The notes beneath the pieces are model-generated. The model was not told the DNA's origin, searched no databases, and saw only the letters and a program-made list of their open reading frames with translations. A DNA stretch of 64,000 bases, from the NCBI GenBank assembly GCA_965261735.1, contig OZ253470.1, positions 1,568,001 to 1,632,000 of the forward strand, given 5' to 3'. Positions within the stretch are counted from its first letter, which is position 1. Every line of letters starts with the position of its first letter. This document shows, one piece after another, positions 1 through 10,285 of the stretch. This DNA is from Alphaproteobacteria bacterium (GTDB lineage: Bacteria; Pseudomonadota; Alphaproteobacteria; SHVV01). Position numbers and translations under genes: made by a program.

Positions 1-708
1 AGCGGCAACTTGGTCTTTCGCGCTACGAGACGGCCTTTCAAATTCTCCACAAGCTCCGCTCGGGCATGGTGCGGCCCAACCAAGACAGGATCGGTGGACA
101 GCCCAAGAACCATGTTGAGGTGGACGAAACCTGGGTTGGCGGGCGAACGCGTGGGGAAGGCCGTGGTGTTCACCACAAGGTTCCCGTCTCCTGTGCCATC
201 GAGGTGCGTCATCGAAAGCCGGGCACCAAGCTCGACAACCGGAAAGACGGACGCTATGCCGGACGCGTTCGGCTCGCCGTCGTGCTCGACCGTAGCGCCG
301 AGTCGCTCTGTGGGTTCGTCGAGAGCACCGTCGCGCCGCGATCGCTGATCGTTACTGACGATTGGAGCGGCTATGCTGGCCTCGGTAAGCGCGGCTATGA
401 GCACTTCGCTGTTGCCGAGTGTGGTGATCCAGAGGTTGCCGAGCAATACCTGCCGATCATCCATCTGGTTTTCGCCAACCTGAAGACGTGGCTGATCGAT
501 ATCCACCACGGCGTTAGCCACCAGCACCTACAAGCCTACCTCAACGAGTTCACCTTCCGCTTCAACAGGCGGTTCTACCCGTTCAACGCCTTCCGCTCAT
601 TGCTCGGCATCGCGGGCGACACCTCTGCTCCAACCTATGCCGAGCTTTACTCGGGAGAGTGGCGGCACCCTACATGTAGCGGTCATGGGCGTTAACCGGA
701 TAGGCAAG
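1..708 (+). mobile_element. IS1595-family element, copy 1 (5' part outside window); transposase ends at 695
   Basis: EVDETW/TDDW/YLNEF DDE motifs; near-identical to copies at 6835, 39142 and 45875; terminal IR AACCGGATAGGCAAG ends at 708. Confidence 0.93.
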
Positions 709-759
709 CATCGATTTTATCGAGATTCGCGATGTCCTAGCAGGGTGCTGAAAAAGTCA

Positions 760-921
760 TCATTGCCGGGCCTTGAACTCGGATTCATCGCCGAAATGAA
801 ATGAGATTTCGTGTCTTAGGGTGAAACCGTCTTCAATCTCGACCGATCCGATGCCCTGGGCTTCGTCCAGTTCGATGATCTGCCACTTTGCGGTCAGCGG
901 CGTGCCGGTATCGCCCGTCAT
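760..921 (-). CDS. Small IS passenger ORF (53 aa), possibly internally deleted
   Basis: ATG overlaps the transposase stop (ATGA, 918-921); lies inside the IRs. Confidence 0.5.
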   Translation of the reverse strand: MTGDTGTPLTAKWQIIELDEAQGIGSVEIEDGFTLRHEISFHFGDESEFKARQ

Positions 922-2054
922 GTTGGCGCCTCCGCCAGCAGTCTGGGTAGTCGGACGAGGTTGTAGGCGGCCAAGGCCAGGGTGAACGAAGCGTCGACCC
1001 GGTGGCGGCCCCGGAATTTGGTCTTGCTCAATCCCGCGCTCGTCTTGACCCAGCCGAAGACCTCCTCGATGCGCTTGCGGCAACGTTGGCTGACGCCGTA
1101 ACCGGGATGGCGCGTCGTGCGCCCGTCTATCTTGGTCTTGCGCCGCTTGCCGGTCTTGGTGACGTGGTCCTGGACGGCGATATGGGGGGTCACCTTGCGG
1201 TGCCGCAGTTCCTCGACAAAATCCGCGACGTCAAAACCCTTGTCCCCGCCCACCGTGATCCGACGCCGCCCGCCTCTACTCTCCACCGGGCGATGCCTGT
1301 CGATCAGATCAAGGGCGGCTTCGCGTTCCGCCGTGCCCGACGCAATGGTCACGCCGCCGCCGACTGCCAGACCATGGCGGTTCTCCGTCAGCGCATGGCC
1401 CATGTAACACAGCTTGCTTTCCCGGCCATTACCCTTGCGATAAAGCCGGGCGTCCGGATCAGTGGTGCTTGCATGGGTCGCGTTCGAGCGTTTCTCGCCA
1501 TGAAAATCCCGCGCGGCGTTGCGCCCCGATCCCCCGTCGCCATCGTCCTCACCTTTGGGACGAAAGCTCTTCATCGACGCCCAGGCCTCGATCAATGTTC
1601 CGTCTACCGAAAAATGATCCCGGCTCAATAGTCCCCCTACCTTGTGGTGCTGGATAACCCCCGCAAGCAGCTGCCCCGAAACCTCCGCCTCCAGAAGACG
1701 GTCCCGGTTGTGGCAGAACGCGCTGGCGTCCCACACGCCATCGTCCAGCCCAAGCCCCACAAACCAGCAAAACAGCATGTTGAAGTTTAGCTGCTCCATC
1801 AGCTGACGCTCCGAGCGGATCGAATAAAACGCTTGCAACAGTAACGCTCGAAGAAGCTTCTCCGGCGGGATCGATGGGCGACCCATGTGGGAATAAAGCG
1901 TCTCGAACTCCGAAGATAGAGACCCCAATACGTCGTTCACGATCTCACGGATCAGACGCAGCGGATGATCATCCGGAACACGCTCTTCCAAGTCTACGTA
2001 GCTGAATAAATTGCCACTGCTTTGATCTCGACCCCGCATGCCATCCTCCATCAC
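918..2054 (-). CDS. IS5/IS1182-family DDE transposase
   Basis: GRPSIPPEKLLRALLLQ..YSIRSERQL N-terminus, SVDGT, GDKGFD, RKRIEEVFGW. Confidence 0.92.
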   Translation of the reverse strand: MMEDGMRGRDQSSGNLFSYVDLEERVPDDHPLRLIREIVNDVLGSLSSEFETLYSHMGRPSIPPEKLLRALLLQAFYSIRSERQLMEQLNFNMLFCWFVGLGLDDGVWDASAFCHNRDRLLEAEVSGQLLAGVIQHHKVGGLLSRDHFSVDGTLIEAWASMKSFRPKGEDDGDGGSGRNAARDFHGEKRSNATHASTTDPDARLYRKGNGRESKLCYMGHALTENRHGLAVGGGVTIASGTAEREAALDLIDRHRPVESRGGRRRITVGGDKGFDVADFVEELRHRKVTPHIAVQDHVTKTGKRRKTKIDGRTTRHPGYGVSQRCRKRIEEVFGWVKTSAGLSKTKFRGRHRVDASFTLALAAYNLVRLPRLLAEAPT

Positions 2055-2113
2055 TCGAAGGAATCACAGAATCATGTCACAACTGCAAAGGCGAGGACTT
2101 TTTCAGCAGCCTG

Positions 2114-2263
2114 CTAGCCCAACCCTAAACCGGAACCGCGATGGCCTCCGCTGTGGATAGCCGGCTTGCCTACGCCAGACTCTCGGCGGTCGCTACGGCA
2201 AGCCGCCTACCCACAGCTAACAGAGGCTCCAACAACTCCTACACCACGTCCTGGGACACGACC
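2114..2263 (-). mobile_element. Isolated left end of IS256 type A
   Basis: Matches 29246-29395 and 53464-53613, including the terminal IR ...GGGACACGACC. Confidence 0.92.
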
Positions 2264-2432
2264 TGACTGTCCCAGACAACCAAGTTTGGAAGTTATCAGA
2301 GAACAGGATCGTTTGATCGCGCATTTTGTTGCCGGCACGACAGCACGAACGGCAGCGCGTCTATGTGGTCTGAACCGCAAGACGGAGGCTTTCTATTTCC
2401 ACCGGCTTCGCGAGATCATCGCCCTTGAGCTG
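2264..2432 (+). pseudogene. IS1016-like (IS1595 family) transposase N-terminal fragment
   Basis: QDRLIAHFVAGTTARTAARLCGLNRKT..FYFHRLREII. Confidence 0.7.
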
Positions 2433-2610
2433 GTCGTTCTTGCCGTGCATGAGTTCTGGTCGGGTCGGTCTTCCGTTCGGCCGGTTTCGACTGCACGGAC
2501 GCTTTCATTCGAAGCTCTTGCCCACGAGCCGGGATCGTCGGGTCGCGTCTTCGTTCCCGATGAGAATGCGCTGGCAGATCTGCTGCTCAAGATCGAGGAG
2601 GCAAACCGCG
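2433..2610 (+). pseudogene. DUF4007-like protein C-terminal fragment
   Basis: EFW...TLSFEALAHEPGSSGRVF..DENAL resembles the DUF4007 C-terminus. Confidence 0.55.
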
Positions 2611-2735
2611 GCTCGGCAGGATATCGAAGATGGGCCAGCGCGATCTCAAGTGCCTCATGATCACGGGCGCCATGGCTGTCGTCAACTGGGCCGTCCGGCG
2701 CGACGAGACGACGGACCCCTGGCTGGACAGGGAGG
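2611..2735 (+). pseudogene. IS110-family transposase fragment
   Basis: KMGQRDL..LMITGAMAVV.WAVRR....DPWL. Confidence 0.65.
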
Positions 2736-2864
2736 CCCGTGGTTGCGCGATCTGGAGATCATGGACAAGGCGACCCATCCGCCGCCACGCTGCAAGGAGG
2801 GCGCTTTGGTCGAGGCGATGCAACATCGGTGGTGCTCGCCGATCCCCGATGGCATTCTCGCGCG

Positions 2865-3524
2865 ATGAGCGAGCCCACTCCGGTGCAAAACGCGGTGCAG
2901 GCGCAAAAAGTCGCGGCCATTACCATCGCGGAATATGACCGTATGGCAGCGGCTTACCGTCGCGGCACGGCCGACCACGACGTCAGCCAGAACATCGCGG
3001 CCCTGCTCGAAGCAATCGAAGGCGCGGCGCCCCACATCATTCTCGATCTAGGCTGCGGGCCCGGCCGGGATCTCCGCCGGTTCACCGCGCTCGGCCACGA
3101 GGCGCTCGGCCTCGACGGATCGGCCGAGCTCGCCGCCATGGCGCGCGCCAAGACGGATTGTGAGGTGCTGCACCAAGACTTTCTCGCGCTTGACCTGCCA
3201 TCCGCCCGCTTCGACGGGATCTTCGCAAATGCCTCGCTGTTCCACGTGCCGAGCAGCCAGCTGGCCCGGGTCCTTGGCGACCTCGCCGCGACCCTCAAAC
3301 CCAGCGGTGTCCTGTTCTGCTCGAACCCGCGGGGCGACAACGAGGAAGGCTGGGCCGGTGGGCGCTACGGCTGCTTCCATGATCTCGAAACGTGGCGCGC
3401 CTACGTCACCGCCGCGGGCTTTCTGGAACTACACCACTATTATCGCCCGCCGGGCCGGCCGCGGGCGCAGCAGCCGTGGCTCGCCACGGTCTGGCGCAAG
3501 AGCTCGGTGAATCATGCCCAATAG
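2865..3524 (+). CDS. Class I SAM-dependent methyltransferase
   Basis: ILDLGCGPGRD motif I, FDGIFANASLFHVP. Confidence 0.9.
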   Translation: MSEPTPVQNAVQAQKVAAITIAEYDRMAAAYRRGTADHDVSQNIAALLEAIEGAAPHIILDLGCGPGRDLRRFTALGHEALGLDGSAELAAMARAKTDCEVLHQDFLALDLPSARFDGIFANASLFHVPSSQLARVLGDLAATLKPSGVLFCSNPRGDNEEGWAGGRYGCFHDLETWRAYVTAAGFLELHHYYRPPGRPRAQQPWLATVWRKSSVNHAQ

Positions 3525-3554
3525 CGGCCCGTCACGCCGATGACAACCGACGCG

Positions 3555-3713
3555 ATTCCCACCACCCATGCTGCCGTCGGGTGTGCCGTCACGCCAAAGT
3601 GAACGCTCTGCCTGCGTTCGTGGTGCAAAACGATGAAGACCATGAGAAGCCGGAACGTGGCGGTCGGCAAGACGAAGAAATCGATCGAAGCAAGAGCCTT
3701 CGAATGGTTGTCC
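3555..3713 (-). pseudogene. Integrase-core (rve) transposase fragment
   Basis: Minus strand reads NHSKALASIDFFVLPTATFRLLMVFIVLHHERR..VHFGVTAHPTAAW. Confidence 0.65.
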
Positions 3714-3753
3714 GATGTAGGGTCGTCGTCAGGAACGGTCGAAGAAGGGACGG

Positions 3754-4602
3754 GTGATGGACGGCAAGCTGTGCATCGTCACCGGCGCCACGGACGGAAT
3801 CGGCCGAGTCACGGCACGGGTACTGGCGGAGAGGGGGGCCGAAGTCGTACTCGTCGGGCGGACCGCGGACAAGGGCGCGGAGGTCTGCGAGGCGATCCGG
3901 CGGCCTTCGCGCAACGGCCGGGTGCGCTTCGAGCAGGCCGATCTCTCTAGCCAAGCCGAGATCCGAGCACTGGTGGAGCGCCTTACCGCGGGCAGCGCGG
4001 CGATCGATGTTCTCGTCAACAACGTGGGCGCCGTTTTCACCGACCGTCGCGAGAGCGTCGACGGGATCGAGATGACTTTCGCGCTCAACCATCTAGGCTA
4101 TTTTCTGCTGACCGGGCTGTTGCTAGAGCGTCTGCAGGCGAACGGCGGCGGGCGCATCGTCAATGTCGCCTCCGAGGCCCATCGCGGCGCGCGGATGGAC
4201 CTGGAGGACCCGCAAGGGAGGAAGCGCTATAGCGGTTGGCGCACCTACCGGCGGAGTAAGCTCGCCAACATTCTCTTCACCTATCGCCTCGCGGCGCTGC
4301 TAGTGGATAGGTCGGTCACGGTGAACTGCCTACACCCCGGTTTCGTCGCCAGCAGGTTCGGCCACAACAATGGCTGGCTCTTCGTCGCGGCGCTAAAAGC
4401 TGCGATGCGGTTGTCTGCGATCGACACCGAGGCCGGCGCACGCACCAGTGTCCATCTTGCGACGAGCGCCGATGTAGCGGGCGTGTCTGGCCGCTATTTC
4501 GACGAGTGCCGCGCGACTGCGAGTTCACCCGCCTCTCACGATGAGGAAGTCGGTCGGCGACTGTGGGACATGAGTGAGAGCCTAACAGGCCACCGCTACT
4601 GA
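3754..4602 (+). CDS. SDR-family oxidoreductase (retinol dehydrogenase-like)
   Basis: TGATDGIG, NNVG, YRRSK catalytic motif, HPGFV. Confidence 0.93.
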   Translation: MMDGKLCIVTGATDGIGRVTARVLAERGAEVVLVGRTADKGAEVCEAIRRPSRNGRVRFEQADLSSQAEIRALVERLTAGSAAIDVLVNNVGAVFTDRRESVDGIEMTFALNHLGYFLLTGLLLERLQANGGGRIVNVASEAHRGARMDLEDPQGRKRYSGWRTYRRSKLANILFTYRLAALLVDRSVTVNCLHPGFVASRFGHNNGWLFVAALKAAMRLSAIDTEAGARTSVHLATSADVAGVSGRYFDECRATASSPASHDEEVGRRLWDMSESLTGHRY

Positions 4603-4683
4603 CCGTGCGTCACTTTATTCAGGGATTTATATCGGATAGTGCCGAGCGGCCATGCCGGTCGTGGTCCGGCCATAGCTTCTTCG

Positions 4684-5022
4684 TTACGGCCGACACCGCA
4701 ATGAAAACGGATCGTCGACGGGCCCTGGCAGTGGATCGAACCTCCGGTCGTTGGGAAATGGATCGTACCTGTACTGCCGCCGCGACAACGGATGACCGCC
4801 GGTGCCCCAGGTCACTTCGTCGCGCCAGGGGCCGTCCTGCTTGTAAGAGTAAAACTCGCTTGAGACTGGGTGCTTCCCGCTCCCGAGCGTGATCTTGAAC
4901 CCGACACCCTCCCTGTCCGCGCCAAGCCCAACGTGGACGAACGACAGCGACAGCACCACCACCACGGCCAGGAGCGCTGGCAGCAGGCGCTTCATAACCA
5001 TGAGCATCTGCTTCTGTGCCAT
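4684..5022 (-). CDS. Hypothetical exported protein
   Basis: GGAGGAG RBS upstream; hydrophobic signal-like N-terminus. Confidence 0.55.
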   Translation of the reverse strand: MAQKQMLMVMKRLLPALLAVVVVLSLSFVHVGLGADREGVGFKITLGSGKHPVSSEFYSYKQDGPWRDEVTWGTGGHPLSRRQYRYDPFPNDRRFDPLPGPVDDPFSLRCRP

Positions 5023-5120
5023 ATGATCTCCTCCCTATGGCACGACATGGCGACTCAGCCTGAATCCCCTCAAGGCACTATCGTATAAAATTCCCTAACG
5101 AATGGGAGCAGGTCAACCAC

Positions 5121-5903
5121 GTGTTCTTTCCCTATCGAGACGACAACCCTCGCCATCACGGTCTACCACTGGCAACGCTCGCCATCATTGGCATCAGCAC
5201 GGCGGTTTATGTGCTGGTTCAACTCCCGCTGGGACCGTATGAAGGGCAAGCCTATGCGCTGAGCTTCGGCTTCATTCCAGCCGTGTTCTTTGGAGAGGCC
5301 GAATTAGTCAGCGAACTGTCGCGGGTTCCCTCTACGGCCACGCTGTTCACCAGTATGTTCTCGCATGGTGGGCTGATGCACCTAGTAGGCAACATGTGGT
5401 TCCTCTGGCTTTACGGCGACAACGTCGAGGATGCCATGGGGCGGTTCCGCTACCTGCTCTTCTACTTGATATGCGGCTGCGTTGGAACGCTCGCCCATGC
5501 AGGGTTGAACCCGGCCAGCCAAGTTCCCCTGGTTGGTGCTTCCGGTGCTATTAGCGGCGTGATCGCTGCCTATATCCTGATCTGGCCCCGCGCCAACATC
5601 CGCGTATTTTATTGGTTTTTCATCTTCATCGGCACGATCAGTGTGCCTGCCTTCGTGGTGCTCGGCCTGTGGTTCGTCGAACAGATTATAGCTCTGCCGG
5701 CGGCGATGAAGGCTCAGGGGGGCGTCGCAATCCTTGCCCATCTGGGCGGTTTTGCCGCCGGGCTTGCCCTGACCCCGTTTCTTAAACGCCGCGGCGTCAC
5801 GCTGTTTCAATCACCGCACAGCACTGCCTTCGCCTACAGTCGGGCTGGAACCATCCGGCGAAGGAGCGGGTCCGTGCCCGAGACGCGACGAAAGCGAGAC
5901 TGA
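5121..5903 (+). CDS. Rhomboid-family intramembrane serine protease
   Basis: HGGLMHL.GNM, GASGA, AHLGGF; multiple TM helices. Confidence 0.93.
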   Translation: MFFPYRDDNPRHHGLPLATLAIIGISTAVYVLVQLPLGPYEGQAYALSFGFIPAVFFGEAELVSELSRVPSTATLFTSMFSHGGLMHLVGNMWFLWLYGDNVEDAMGRFRYLLFYLICGCVGTLAHAGLNPASQVPLVGASGAISGVIAAYILIWPRANIRVFYWFFIFIGTISVPAFVVLGLWFVEQIIALPAAMKAQGGVAILAHLGGFAAGLALTPFLKRRGVTLFQSPHSTAFAYSRAGTIRRRSGSVPETRRKRD

Positions 5904-6136
5904 GCCGGCGACATCAGTATCCCCACAATTGCTCATCTGAACGCTCGAAGCTCGTAGCCGCCGAGCAGCGGCGATATCGCATGGGGTCATGTCGCCCGAA
6001 CTCCCGCAGCGTAAAGGTTGGTCCGTGGAGCACGTTGCGAGACATGATGGGCAAAGCGAAGATTCCCTTGCTTGGCCGGTGCGTTTACTTCTGCCCGCCA
6101 CCTTCGGCGACTATTGGAACTGGAGCGCCCGGCGTC

Positions 6137-6803
6137 CTATCCGTCCATGGCCTGCTTGAGAGACGATGCGATGCGCTCCGATGCTTTCTGCAGGGGATCG
6201 TCGGCGAGATGGGCGTAGCGCGCGGTGGTCTGGGCCTGGGTGTGGCCGAGGATTCTCCCAACCATCGGCAAGCTCTCGCCCCCCATCACCGCCTCCGAGG
6301 CAAACGTGTGTCGGAGATCGTGGATGCGCACATCGCCGAGCCCGGCCGCCTTGCGCACCCGCCGCCACGGCTTCTGCAGATCGGTCAGATGCGCGCCTTC
6401 GGCGGTCCCGGTGATGACATAGGGATTACCCTCGACCCGCTTGGCAGTAGCCAGCACCTCGAGCGCAGGCCGGTTGAGGGGGATCGTCTTGGCGCCGGTC
6501 TTGGAATCAGGCAGGTGGATGCGGTCTCCCCGGATATGCTCCCACTTCAGGGTCTGAATCTCCATCAGACGCGCCCCGGTGTAGAGCAGCAGCCGGAACG
6601 CCGTCACCGCCGAAGGGGCAAAGGACTCCTCCTCGTCCAAGGCCCCGCCCAGACGCGCCAGCTCTTCCGCCGTCAGGAACCGCTCGCGCTTGCGCTCCTT
6701 GTACTTGCGGATGTGGTAGCAGGGATTGGAGCGGTCCGGCCGCAGGCCCCAGGCTTCGGCCAGGTTCATCATCTTGGACACTACGCCCAGCGTCCGGTTG
6801 CGG
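6137..6803 (-). pseudogene. Tyrosine recombinase/integrase, catalytic domain only
   Basis: TGAR, DSKTG, HDLRH, LGH..RYAH; N-terminal domains missing. Confidence 0.85.
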
Positions 6804-6834
6804 AGCGACTGCTACGTCACTTCGAGGATCAGTC

Positions 6835-7939
6835 CTTGCCTATCCGGTTAACGCCCATGACCGCTACATGTAGGGTGCCGCCACTCTCCCGAGTAAAGCT
6901 CGGCATAGGTTGGAGCAGAGGTGTCGCCCGCGATGCCGAGCAATGAGCGGAAGGCGTTGAACGGGTAGAACCGCCTGTTGAAGCGGAAGGTGAACTCGTT
7001 GAGGTAGGCTTGTAGGTGCTGGTGGCTAACGCCGTGGTGGATACCGATCAGCCACGTCTTCAGGTTGGCGAAAACCAGATGGATGATCGGCAGGTATTGC
7101 TCGGCAACCTCTGGATCACCACACTCGGCAACAGCGAAGTGCTCATAGCCGCGCTTACCGAGGCCAGCATAGCCGCTCCAATCGTCAGTAACGATCAGCG
7201 ATCGCGGCGCGACGGTGCTCTCGACGAACCCACAGAGCGACTCGGCGCTACGGTCGAGCACGACGGCGAGCCGAACGCGTCCGGCATAGCGTCCGTCTTT
7301 CCGGTTGTCGAGCTTGGTGCCCGGCTTTCGATGACGCACCTCGATGGCACAGGAGACGGGAACCTTGTGGTGAACACCACGGCCTTCCCCACGCGTTCGC
7401 CCGCCAACCCAGGTTTCGTCCACCTCAACATGGTTCTTGGGCTGTCCACCGATCCTGTCTTGGTTGGGCCGCACCATGCCCGAGCGGAGCTTGTGGAGAA
7501 TTTGAAAGGCCGTCTCGTAGCGCGAAAGACCAAGTTGCCGCTGAAACTGCACGGCGGACATGCCGGGCGTCTGACTGGCGACCAGATAAGCGGCCCAGAA
7601 CCAGACGTTCAGCGGAGTGTGGCTACGCTCCATCACTGTTCCCACCGTCAGCCCGGTGTTCTGGCGGCACTTGCGGCAGCGCAGGACGCCAGGGCGGTTT
7701 TCAAAGTGGAACGGCTCTCCCGCCGTGCCGCAGTGCGGGCAGGCAAAGCCGTCTCCCCAGCGGGCTTTCTCCAGGTAGGCGGCGCAGGCCGCATCATCGG
7801 GGAAAAGTCGCTGGAACTCGGGTAGCGAATGCGGGAATGGGAGATCGGCGCGGTCGAGAACATCCATGGCGCGCTCCCCTATATCCGGGTTGCGCCCATT
7901 CTAGCCCTAGTGGGTGTGGGTGTAAACCGGATAGGCAAG
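6835..7939 (-). mobile_element. IS1595-family element, copy 2, complete (transposase 6848-7867)
   Basis: IRs CTTGCCTATCCGGTT; 8-bp TSD GATCAGTC at 6827-6834 and 7940-7947; Zn-ribbon plus DDE transposase of 339 aa. Confidence 0.96.
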
Positions 7940-8875
7940 GATCAGTCATTCAAGGCTAAGTTGCTGGGCACGGACCGGCTGCGGGAGATGGCAAATCCAG
8001 GGCAGCTCGGACGCTCGTATGGTGACCACTTCGCCGCTGGATACCCGAAGAGCAGCTTCGAGCACCTGCGCCAGGCGGGCGGGGAAGGATCGGGCGTCGA
8101 TACCTTTCTGTTGCTTGAAGACAGACTGGACCTCCGCATCCGCGTTGAAGCGACGCTGAGCCCTCTCTTCGACCGCGACGTAGTGCTGGACTGGGATTCC
8201 GGTAGCCTCGTGCCGAAGGCGGCGATGCGGAAAAGTGGAGAGTCTTATCGCCTAGATCGTGACGAGTGTCACGGCATTAAGGAGCTCTTGGTTCTTCTCA
8301 CGCACTTGTACGATGAGCGGCACGACTACCTGATCGTCGATGAGCCGGAACTCAATTTGCATCCGCAGTATCAAACGTTCTTCATGCAGGAGGTGCGCAA
8401 GGTTACCCAAAAGCAGGATGCGAGCGGAACCGCGAAAATCGTCTTCCTGATCACGCACTCGCCGTTCATACTGGTTTTGCGGTCGCACGATGACGTCAAG
8501 TCCGTGATATCGTTCGATCTCTAATATTCCGTCCCCAGGCAGGTTGTCCGTAGGAGCCCCGACGTGGCTTCGGAGTTGGTCGCGACCGGGCGACTGAACG
8601 CGCACCACAAACAGCTCTTCTTCTCGGACGATCCCATATTCGTGGAAGGGCACCACGACGCGCTGATGATCGAGTCTCTAATGGAGGCACGCGGCGTCTC
8701 GGCCGCAGCTGCCGGTAGCTGCATCATCGAATGTGGGGGCGTAGAGGAAGTAACCCACTACCTGAAGCTCTGGCAAGCGCTAGGGAAGAGGGCTCATTTC
8801 GTCTATGACCTTGACAGCCTCTTCAAAGGCCGACTTCGGTCGTGTATTGGCAATGACAACATCGATACCCTGACC
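7940..8875 (+). pseudogene. OLD-like ATP-dependent nuclease (ABC ATPase + TOPRIM), IS-interrupted, in-frame TAA at 8522-8524
   Basis: IVDEPELNLHP, ITHSP, VEG..D, YDLD; reading frame continues from 6805-6834 across the TSD. Confidence 0.8.
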
Positions 8876-9150
8876 GCTGAAGGCGACGAAAGGCGTAGCA
8901 ATGCTTGCCCTTCAGGTGGGCTGCTGGGCTGGTGACCTCCAACTATTGTAACTAGCCTTGACCTAACATTGCCTCCGAAATCCGGATCAGGTCGTTCTTC
9001 AGCTATGCGGCTTGACCGATGGTCATGTCCCGAATCTCACTGTCGGTGTGGTTCAGAGAAACTACCAATCTATGCTGCAGAAGTTGCATAGCTTTGCGTT
9101 GCTGACGCACCGGGATCCCGCGGTGCCAGCCTGTTGATAATGATCGCGTT

Positions 9151-9471
9151 CTATTCGATCGAAACCTGCGTTTTGGCTTCCTCGAGCAGGCGGGTCATCT
9201 CGTGACGCACTTTGTGCTCGTCCGTTGCGATCCCTTTGTCGGTCAGGTCGCCGAGCACCTTCCGCAACACATCGGCATCTCCCGGCTCTTCAAAATCGGC
9301 GATCACGACCTGCTTGGCGTAGGCTTCGGCATCCGCGCCTGAAATGCCCATTTGCTCCGCTGCCCACAGGCCGAGCAGCTTGTTGCGCCGCGCGATGGTC
9401 TTGAACTGGAACTCCTGATCATGCGCGAACTTGGCTTCGGCGGCTGTTTTGCGGTCATCAAAGGCGGTCAT
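9151..9471 (-). CDS. DUF1476 domain protein
   Basis: MTAFDDR...EAKFAHDQE..FK..ARRNKLLGLWAAE, EEPGD.DV.RKV. Confidence 0.88.
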   Translation of the reverse strand: MTAFDDRKTAAEAKFAHDQEFQFKTIARRNKLLGLWAAEQMGISGADAEAYAKQVVIADFEEPGDADVLRKVLGDLTDKGIATDEHKVRHEMTRLLEEAKTQVSIE

Positions 9472-9803
9472 CGATTGGGCTCCTCAACTTCAGAAGACGG
9501 GGTCCACGCTTTATCCGCCTTTTCATTCTTGTATGCGATGAAGCCCGACGCACCCTTGCCTTTGGCGCGGCGTAATGTGTACCCATGATTGCCGAGTTTG
9601 AACTTCGGGTCATTCTCAAAGCCCGCGAGAGCCTCAACGATCTTCATCGCCACGGGATCTGGCTTGCTCTTGGCTTGTGAGGCAGCCTCCCGCGCCAGCC
9701 ACCTTGCGAAGACCTCTTCGGCGAGGTCGTCGCCGACAGATTTTCGAAGCGCGTTCAATTTTCTCACCAGACCTTTTGTGAATCCGGTCTCATCGATAGC
9801 CAT
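9468..9803 (-). CDS. Hypothetical basic protein
   Basis: Clean ORF with GAGG RBS; ATGA overlap with the DUF1476 gene. Confidence 0.7.
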   Translation of the reverse strand: MAIDETGFTKGLVRKLNALRKSVGDDLAEEVFARWLAREAASQAKSKPDPVAMKIVEALAGFENDPKFKLGNHGYTLRRAKGKGASGFIAYKNEKADKAWTPSSEVEEPNR

Positions 9804-10000
9804 TTCCTGAACCTCGCATTTCAAGCCTCTTATACTGTCGCGTGGCCCGGCTGGTGCAACTGATTTCCACTGTTACACGCCAGCTTGCCGTTTCCCTTTT
9901 CACGTCGTTCTACTTGAACCGATGTGCTGGATGTATTCTACCGCCAAACCAAGTTAATCGCCGCCGGCGCCGATAAGGGAAATTTACAGGCCATTGCCTG

Positions 10001-10285
10001 ATGTTCACCGTAGTCACCCCCACGACGAGTCTTAGCCTCGACGATCATTTCATAAAGCGTCCTGCGGCGACATTCTTTGTCACGGTCGAGGGCGGCGGCA
10101 TGGCCGAACACGGGATCCTTGCCGGCGATACCCTGATCGTCGACCGTTCACGTACGCCAGGCACGGGTTCCATCGTCATCGCGGTAATCGTGGGCGAGTT
10201 GACCACCCGTCCGTTCGCCGCCCTCGATGGCGAGGAGGCCCACGTCTGGGGCGTCGTCGCCGGGGTGGTGCGGAGCCTGCCATGA
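10001..10285 (+). CDS. umuD: UmuD-like S24-family protein (short, degenerate)
   Basis: ATFFV.V.G..M...GI..GD.LIVDRS, VWGVV; coupled to the umuC-like gene; usual catalytic Ser/Lys not evident. Confidence 0.7.
   Translation: MFTVVTPTTSLSLDDHFIKRPAATFFVTVEGGGMAEHGILAGDTLIVDRSRTPGTGSIVIAVIVGELTTRPFAALDGEEAHVWGVVAGVVRSLP

Larger units (their letters stand above)
741..2113 (-). mobile_element. IS5/IS1182-like insertion sequence flanked by CTAG
   Basis: IRs CAGGGTGCTGAAAAAGTC (741) and GACTTTTTCAGCAGCCTG (to 2113); CTAG at 737-740 and 2114-2117. Confidence 0.9.

Noticed and set aside
2611-2735. IS110 bridge-RNA system
   Set aside because: Only ~40 codons of transposase remain, with no element ends or non-coding region.
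5904-6136. tRNA/att site beside the integrase remnant
   Set aside because: No cloverleaf or T-loop GTTCGA...CCA pattern recognised.
7016-7825. Long antisense ORFs over transposases and other genes (also 28221, 39256, 52439, 61052, 18816)
   Set aside because: Shadow frames expected in high-GC coding DNA; no motifs.
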